From Macrostomum lignano (taxonomy: Eukaryota): a DNA stretch of 64,000 nucleotides. Every line of letters starts with the position of its first letter. Within the stretch, counting starts at the first letter, position 1. The translations under genes and the position numbers were made by a program. The notes under the pieces are model-generated. The model worked only from the letters and a program-made list of their open reading frames with translations, did not search any database and was not told the origin of the DNA. Positions 53,095 to 64,000 of the stretch are shown here, one piece after another. The stretch lies in contig NIVC01000164.1 in the NCBI GenBank assembly GCA_002269645.1, forward strand, positions 124,001 through 188,000. The letters are read 5' to 3'.

Positions 53095-54153
53095 ATGGCC
53101 ACTGATGTTGCAACGTCGATGATTTTGTCTCCGGTTCGATCGCAGCCAGCTTCGCCGAAGCCGCAGCAGCAGCAGCCGCAGCAGACGCCTCAGCTAGAAA
53201 CTGTGATTGAGAATCGCATTTTTGTGGGCGGCATTCCGTCGCATGCGAACGTGAGCGAGTTGCGCGCCTTCTTGGCTGAGAAGTTTAACAAGGCTGAGAT
53301 CAAGGATATAAAGATTATCTCTGATAAAACCGGAGTCTCAAAAGGCTACGGATTTGTCACGTTTGAAACTCGTGAAATGGCCCAGGCGATATTGAACTCG
53401 TCCGAGTATGACAACATCATATTCAAGGATCGCAAGCTGAACATATCCAAGGCTGTTAAGAAGTTGTCTACCAAGATGGAGCACGGTAACAACAGCGGAA
53501 GCAGCGCTGGTGGTGCTATTGATGGGTCGGCAACTGCTACTGCCTTTCTACCGGATTCTGCTACGGCTGCGCCAGTGCAGTACCTGCTTTACCGCCGGCC
53601 AGACTCGGGTCTGCCTCAGCTGCTCACGGCTCTGCCATTTGGCTACTGCACGCCAATCTATCTGGGCGGCGCTCCTCAGCTGCCGTTGTTCTCAACTGCC
53701 GCTCCCGGCGTTGGCGCCGCCCAGATCATTGCTGCGCCAACTGCCACCGCCGCCGCTTCCACGTCAACTTCGAACGTCTGCCCGACGGTGGCCTGTTCGG
53801 CGTCTGCTCTGCAATGGCCAACCGCAGCAGCGCCATTGGATGCTGTGTCGGCTTCGGCTGCTGCCCAGCTGCTTGCCTCCAGCCTGCCCTCTTGCTTGAC
53901 AACCACGGCCAACAGTTCAGCTGGCGGATCGGGCCCGACCGCCGCGGCCGCTCCAGCCGTGATCGGGCAGAACGGTGAGCTGCTCTACTATAGCCTGCCT
54001 GCGCTGGCCGCCGCCGCCGCCGCCGCCGCCGCTGCTGCGACAGCTTCGTCGACTAGCAACAACAGCACCACCCAGGCCCATAGTAACGGTGGGTCGTCGG
54101 CCGGTCACGGCGAGTACGGAGCCATCTCCGACCCTAGAAGCGGCAGCAGCGCT

Positions 54154-54187
<34 letters not shown>

Positions 54188-54603
54188 CAGATAATGGCAA
54201 CGATTCCCCCATCTCGTCCATTGATAACGGTATCTGCAGTGGCCTGGGAATCTACGGCATCATCGGTTCGCCTATGCAGCAGCAGCAGCAGCAGCAGCAG
54301 CAGCACAGTTATAAATCTGTCGGCAGTTTCGATTTCCTTGGTGGCAATTTCAGCAGTCCACCAACTCCGTCGTGCTGCTATTCATCCAGCAGCAGGGCTG
54401 GTAATGTTAATAGCGGCAACTCTGGCTCATCATCTTCGGCCTCATCCGTGCTGTTTAACCAGCTGCAGCCGCAGGGACAGCAGACATCGAAGTCGCAGCA
54501 GCAACAGCAGCTGCTGGACTGCAGCGAGCTGCTCTTTGGCAGCATTGGTCCGTTTGGTGAACCATCTCGTCACGAGTTCAAGCTTCTGGACCATCGCTTG
54601 TAA
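53095..54603 (+). CDS. boule: Boule/DAZ-family RRM protein, intronless, 502 aa
   Basis: Single ORF; RRM NRIFVGGI...IISDKTGVSKGYGFVTFET...FKDRKLNISKAVKK is the DAZ/Boule signature; long low-complexity tail. Confidence 0.8.
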
Positions 54604-56029
54604 AGGATGGAGCTGCAATTTCGGATGGACTAATTATTTGTCAGGTGAAAAAAAAACATGTCCCAGTGTTCTAATGTTTGATTCGTGATATAGAGTGGAG
54701 TGAAAACATCAGATTGAGAGGCTGTTATTGAAGGTCTGCTCGTGCGGACAGTTGTCTGGGATGAGCGCGAGTTCTTATGCACCCGCAGTCTTTTACACGA
54801 GTATAGGAAAACCGAAAAGTCTGTTCATTTTTCTGTCTTTCTTTCAAACATTTTTCCAACTTTCATATTTTTATCCCAAGAAGTTTATTTCTTAAGCGAG
54901 GACAGTCTGGAAGCTGAGTATAAAGATCCAGGGTGCCGGTGACTTGGTGCGTTTCCGCTGTAGTTGCCGTTTAAATAAGATTTTTGCGTTCTTAAGCAAT
55001 GCGCAATAACTACTATAGGCTTCCTTAGTATTACAGTTCGTCGACTTTGCTTGCTCAACCTTGCACTGTTTGCGTTTATTTGCCAATATTATAGTTTTCA
55101 TTTTTTGTAATATTCCAAGTCTTCAATTCTGTGTTTGGAAGCCTGCCGCAATCCGGCGCGTTCAGTTGTCAGATTTGACCAGATTCAAGTCCCAGTTTGC
55201 TGTTTCAACCTGCTAAGCTACTGAGTTATGAAAATGCGTAGCTTATACATAAATATTGCTTAAAACACTGTTAATTTTCATTGCTAAACCCTACTTTGCA
55301 ACAATCTCGAACAAGAATCTGTTATTTGCCAAATGCTTTTCCCTAATGGCGAGGATGTGCTGTTTTATTTATTTTTTGGCTGACCAGCAACTCTCCCGAT
55401 GATCAACCATAAATTTGCCGCAATTGGTTTTATCTGGTCGATTGAGTTTCATTCAGTGTTGCAATATTTCGCTTTTGTCGGAGGCCGTGACAAACAAGCG
55501 CGCTCTATTTTTGCGTTTGGTTTTTCGCCTTTTAAATTTGAAACAAAATTTGCGCCGTTCTTTTCTCACCTGCTTGCAGCCGCTTCCGTGCTCTCCTACC
55601 AACCCTTTTTTCTGAAAAAGCACTCACCAACGATTTGCTGTCAAACCTACTTGTTGCGCACAGGGAATTCAAGTCAGATACTTCTATACTAAGTGTACCG
55701 CTAATATATATTAAACATTAATACCTCAGATAAAATACAACGCAAATAACCTTACCTAATAAGCAGATAAAGAACTGCTTCTTAAACTCAACTACACACA
55801 CTATACCCAAGCACAGAGTTTAATTGCTTCATAATATTTTTCTTTTTATTTTACTTTGATGCCAATGCCACACTAGCCTAGACTACTTGTCAAATTGATA
55901 CGAGTATTTTGATCGCTTAATACCTATAAATTTATGCGTTAAATGAAAACGAAGAACCTTATATTCATTAAGGTCGTATCCTTAAATTAGTGTCATTACG
56001 CACAATACCGGTAATTCGATTAGGCAAGC

Positions 56030-56252
56030 TTTTTATTACACCTGCCCTATGGGATGTGCAACCGACTGTGGGTGCCCCAAGGACTGGGGAGTCCCCAGCT
56101 AATGCTGGCACCCATTGCACAGCTGGGTGAACTGAAGCGATGCAGAGTTAAGTGTCTTGCTCAAGGACACCAAGTTGTTTTAAGTGGGATCAGGAATCGA
56201 ACCCCCGACCTTTCAGTCGTGAGTCCGACGCTCTAACCATTTTAGGCTACAA
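56030..56252 (-). mobile_element. SINE family B copy with internal deletion
   Basis: Reverse complement matches 3106-3420 (head, CORE-like body, GGGCAGGTGTAAT end) but lacks the GAACAGCC...GGCTGAGC segment. Confidence 0.8.
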
Positions 56253-56386
56253 GGAAACGGAACCACATTGATACACGCATGCGACCAGTGTATTGTGCGG
56301 GTGGGTTCCCGAACAAACAGCCAATTTTAGATATTGAAAATACAGCGTATTTATGCAACAAAACTGAATCAGTTTATTCTGCGTAT

Positions 56387-57655
56387 TCAGGCCGGGTTAG
56401 AACACAGCACAGACCTCAATGCTGTCCTGAAGCTGGTGAGGCAAACATAGTATACGAAAGTTCGTCCGCATAGTAGTTGGTGAGGCACGCAAACTGCAGT
56501 CGTGGAGTACAGTAGCAATAATCCTGAGTGCTCCATCCACTCCGAGACGCATTGGCGGTTCGTTGTCTCAGGAATCAGATAGTCACTGCTTTCCTTCCAA
56601 GTAGCCATGAATATCTGACATGCCAAGCAAAGCGCAATAACAGTCAGGAGCACGGCGTGAAAAGCAGCAAACAAAGCCGCCGATAGCTGGCGTCGGGTTG
56701 CCCGGGAACGCGTTGATGATATGCCGCTCCGGGAAGACGCACTGGCGGCAGCGGTGGGGTTCGGACACAGCGTGTCCACTGAAGCAGTGGTTGTAGCAGC
56801 GGTGGGAAATGAAGCCAGAGTGCTAATAGAAGCGCTTGGTACAACAGATGATATCGCTGTAACGGCAATAGCTGTTGCATTGGTTGTTGTGGCTGCGTTG
56901 TTATTCGAGGACACCGATGACATTGGCAAGCCGCGTTGAGTGGTTGACACTGTCGCTGACAGCTTTCTTCGGCGTCGGCTTGAGGCTGTGTAACTGGCGA
57001 GACTGAGTGCAAGTCCGGTGCACAGCAGCGTCACTGTCGCGGCCGCGTGGCCAACTATCAACGGGGGTAACCGCGGTTCACTCTTCGACTGTCGCAGCAA
57101 ATCCTGTGCCATGCTGCTCACTGCCAGATGTGTCAGATTGATTGGCGTCAAATATGCGACGGAGGCGTTCTTAATAGCCAAAATGGCGCCCCCAATTAGG
57201 AGAGCTGCGGCAGGTAATCTGGCACTGTTCAGAACTCGTCTGTCCTCTAATAGTCGAGCGGCAGCCAGGCGTTGAAGAGCGGCAACTGCACCAGCGAGCA
57301 GGATGAACTCTGTGCAGGTTGCATAAACTGCAGCGTGCAGAAGTCGCAGCGGCGAAGGCAAAACAAACGAAGCTGTGGTAGCTGACAGGAGGACTCGAGC
57401 AGAGTCCAGCTGCATGCTGGCGTAGATGCCGACGTTGGCGATGCCCGCGGCGGTGTAGGGCAGCTTGGCTGCTGGGCGCATGACCTGATCGCGGGACAGG
57501 GCGACCAGGTTGATGCCAACCAATAATAAGCCAATCAGGCCCACACCGCCATTGAGTCCAACGGAGCAGGCCGCAATCCAGGATGGCTTCAACTGGACAA
57601 GATCGCACGAGTTAGGCGCGGTAGAAGTTGAATTTTCGTCGGCAGAAGAAAGCAT
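56387..57655 (-). CDS. Orphan multi-pass membrane protein, 7TM/GPCR-like topology, 422 aa
   Basis: Single ATG-initiated ORF with about seven hydrophobic segments, QRL at the end of TM3 and a long Ser/Thr/Ala loop between TM5 and TM6; no family recognised. Confidence 0.55.
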   Translation of the reverse strand: MLSSADENSTSTAPNSCDLVQLKPSWIAACSVGLNGGVGLIGLLLVGINLVALSRDQVMRPAAKLPYTAAGIANVGIYASMQLDSARVLLSATTASFVLPSPLRLLHAAVYATCTEFILLAGAVAALQRLAAARLLEDRRVLNSARLPAAALLIGGAILAIKNASVAYLTPINLTHLAVSSMAQDLLRQSKSEPRLPPLIVGHAAATVTLLCTGLALSLASYTASSRRRRKLSATVSTTQRGLPMSSVSSNNNAATTTNATAIAVTAISSVVPSASISTLASFPTAATTTASVDTLCPNPTAAASASSRSGISSTRSRATRRQLSAALFAAFHAVLLTVIALCLACQIFMATWKESSDYLIPETTNRQCVSEWMEHSGLLLLYSTTAVCVPHQLLCGRTFVYYVCLTSFRTALRSVLCSNPA

Positions 57656-58432
57656 TGCAATTCAGACTAATGTGGTTGCTGTATTTCACAACCATGTAGA
57701 GGCTTGATACCTTTAATTCTCAACCACACTAGACAAGGATATGACGGCTGTCTGACCGAGGCCTTGGTCAGTGAAAAAATTGTATTGAGGGATTTCTTCT
57801 ACAGTTAGGAAGAGGATGTGTTATAGGAAGGACGAACAAGCAAGACAAGAGCCGATTGGAGAAGAAGATCAAATCAAACAGCGATGGCCGCCCTATTGTA
57901 GGATTCCTCGCGCACGCAGCTGAGCGTGAGAACGGCGAGACGGTGAGTAGAAGGGAACGCACGCAGGAAGGAAGAGTTTGAGAGGCGGGCGGGGGACCAC
58001 CCTCTTGGGTGTGGCAGCTTTCCATCCAAGTGAAACGAAGGTAAGAGCAGAGAAAACGATAGACAAAATCTAAGCTCCTGATGCTCGATGCGGAGAGGGA
58101 GCCGGTAGGAAGGAATCTGCTGGCTAAAAATGGGTCTGTCCATGTAGAGAAGCTCAAGCTTATGTTGTGAGCTGAAGTGGGTTCGTCAAGCTTGTTGAAT
58201 ATGCTGAAATGACTGACGCATGCAACTGAGTGACTCATGGGGGCGAGGGTACACACTAATTAATTAGAAACATTAATATATATACTGTAGAATGGGAAGT
58301 TTTCCAATTAAAATTCTAGCTCTCATCAAATTTTTAGAAAGAGAAATCGATTAATTATTAAACTATATACTTGCATTTTATTTGAATCTTTGAGGCGATA
58401 GAGGGACTTTGAAAATTTCCTATGAACATTCC

Positions 58433-58697
58433 CGTGGGTTCGATTCCCGATCCCACTCGGAACAATTTGTGTCCCTGAGCAAGACACTTAACTCTGCATT
58501 GCTTCAGTTCACCCAGCTGTAAAATGGGTGCCAGCATTAGCTGGGGTAATTTAGGCTGTGAGTGGCGACCCCCCAGTCCTTGGACTGAACAGCCGTACGC
58601 AGCCTTCAGATGCGCCGCGCAATAGCTGCGGCTGAGCTGTCGGTTGCAAATCTGCTCATTAGTTCAGGTGCATGTAATCAATTGTTAATTATTATTA
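58433..58697 (+). mobile_element. SINE family B copy, 5'-truncated
   Basis: Starts at the B-box GGGTTCGATTCC; body near-identical to the 3' part of the 3106 copy. Confidence 0.85.
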
Positions 58698-60117
58698 GAA
58701 ATAAATATATCAGCTGATCCTGTGCTGAAAACACACGATTGTGATCACAAGAATTAAGAAGCAAGAGTTTGTGGTCGCAAAAAAAGCAGTGGCAAAGTCT
58801 TACGGTAAATTATTCATAAGACCTAGCAAAGCGAAGCGTTTAATACGGAACGAATCCTGTCCGCTCGACTCCATGAATAGTTTAAGGCGATTTTTTTAAT
58901 GACTTTTAATAAAAAAAAACTGTCAGGCTGACCGGTTCACAATAGACATTAATTATTTTTTAGTTGACTTTGTGCTGAGCATTCACAAAAATTGACGTGA
59001 TCCCTAAGCATACGTAATAATACGTAATAAACATGTTAGATTACCTAAAAGTATTGGCAGAAATACAAACGAAATTTTCCGAAGTCTATGCAACTCGATG
59101 CATCTTTGATAGCCTTAGCGATATTAGGGTGGTACTTTTAGTCTAGAAAAGAAGGTTCGAATGGAGAGTTTCGAAATAAGCTTTTAGCTAATTAAAACAA
59201 GCGCATGGACTGCGCGAGTCTCATTAGCCTGTTAGTTCGAGAGTCGAATTGTCAAAGGACGACAAAAATAAGAAGACCCGAGGGACTCTCGGCCAAAACC
59301 TGCCTAATTAACTTGAAGAGTGGAGAGCTATAGAAGGCTAGTGAAAAGGGGACTTAGCGCTGTCACGCGTAGATAATCTAGCTAGCTAGCTACTACAGAG
59401 CCAGGTATTGAGTTACCTGCACGAATCTAAGCTATTATAATGGGTAGGCGACTGCAGTCACACTCTGCGTGACTTCACAAGCGGATGTTGAAGGCAAAAA
59501 TTATTATCCGACTATGAATATTAGCGATTTGAAAGTACAATGCAAATTTTAAGGAATTCGTCGTTTAAACAAAAGTGAAAACCTCAGCGTTCGAAGTAAT
59601 TAAAGCTACATCGAAAGTAATCGTACCTTTATAGAAACTGCTGCGTGCGGTCCTTAAGCTGGCATGCGCGGGTTCTAAGGGGTAGCTATAGGCATATAGG
59701 TAGAAATACGGCCGTAGATTTTGTGCACATTTTAGTAATAATGCTTACAGAAAATTTGACCGACGAGCAAAACTGTAAAAGGAAAACACAGTTAAATTAC
59801 GTCATTCAGGTAGCGTGACGCAGGTAAATCCATCGATAACGCACGGACTGACTCAGTAGCTTATTGGAAACTGACAAAATCAGGAAACAAGGGCGTGGTC
59901 GAGACGGCTTATTTGTGAGTCCCTGGCACACCCTTCTGAAAATATAACAGTAAATCTGCGGTCAGCGAAGCGAGCACAGAAAAAGGTACATTGCAATAAT
60001 AGGAAAACAAGTATGGTAGCTTTTAGCAGTGGCTTTTCGTTCACGATTGAAAATTTTACAGTAGCTGGTTGTGGCTAGTGAAACTATCAAAAGGTCGACT
60101 GATCAGACCTCGTCAGG

Positions 60118-63783
<3,666 letters not shown>

Positions 63784-63854
63784 CTGTTGATAAAACGGTA
63801 CGGTTTGTTATCTGCGCTTGCTTGTAACTGTTTTAAAATTAAATACATACAGAA

Positions 63855-64000
63855 GGGGTGCAGCTACAGAGAGGGCGCCAGATACAAGAGGCGGGAGCTA
63901 AAAGGGGGCGCCAGCTACAGAGAGGGCACCAGCTACAGAGATGGCACAAGCTACAAAGGGGATGCCCAGCTACAGAGAGGGCGCCAGCTACAGAGAGGGT
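63855..64000. repeat. About 18-nt minisatellite GGGCGCCAGCTACAGAGA
   Basis: Mx intron; runs off the window end. Confidence 0.8.

Noticed and set aside
57768-58256. Purine-rich segment as a solo LTR
   Set aside because: No convincing TG...CA ends with a TSD and no second copy in the window.

Overview
Eukaryotic (metazoan) genomic DNA. GC-rich, Q/A/S-rich exons sit among AT-rich introns, most of which hold a minisatellite; this fits a flatworm such as Macrostomum (inference, not checked). Gene models hand-spliced with GT-AG junctions and consistent phases: Par-3 (+, 10 exons), a secreted fibrinogen-domain protein with an unrecognised N-terminus (-), a small TNFR-like type I membrane protein (+), tandem sulfite oxidase copies (-; one intact, one disrupted), VPS37 (-), KCTD5-like (+), an intronless Boule-like RRM gene (+), an orphan 7TM ORF (-) and the 3' part of an Mx-like GTPase (-). 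Mobile elements: two tRNA-derived SINE families, three hAT-like non-autonomous elements with 8-bp TSDs, a Mutator-like MITE and a LINE remnant. Most unusual signal: a dispersed 62-bp motif collinear with the conserved 28S rRNA helix 69-71 segment. Four unlinked copies keep both arms (about 90% identical) and exact spacing, while the 21-bp core holding the R2/I-PpoI target is eroded to about 48% and differs in each copy. Three further short-core variants cluster in Par-3 intron 3. The 28S reference was quoted from memory and no database searches were run.
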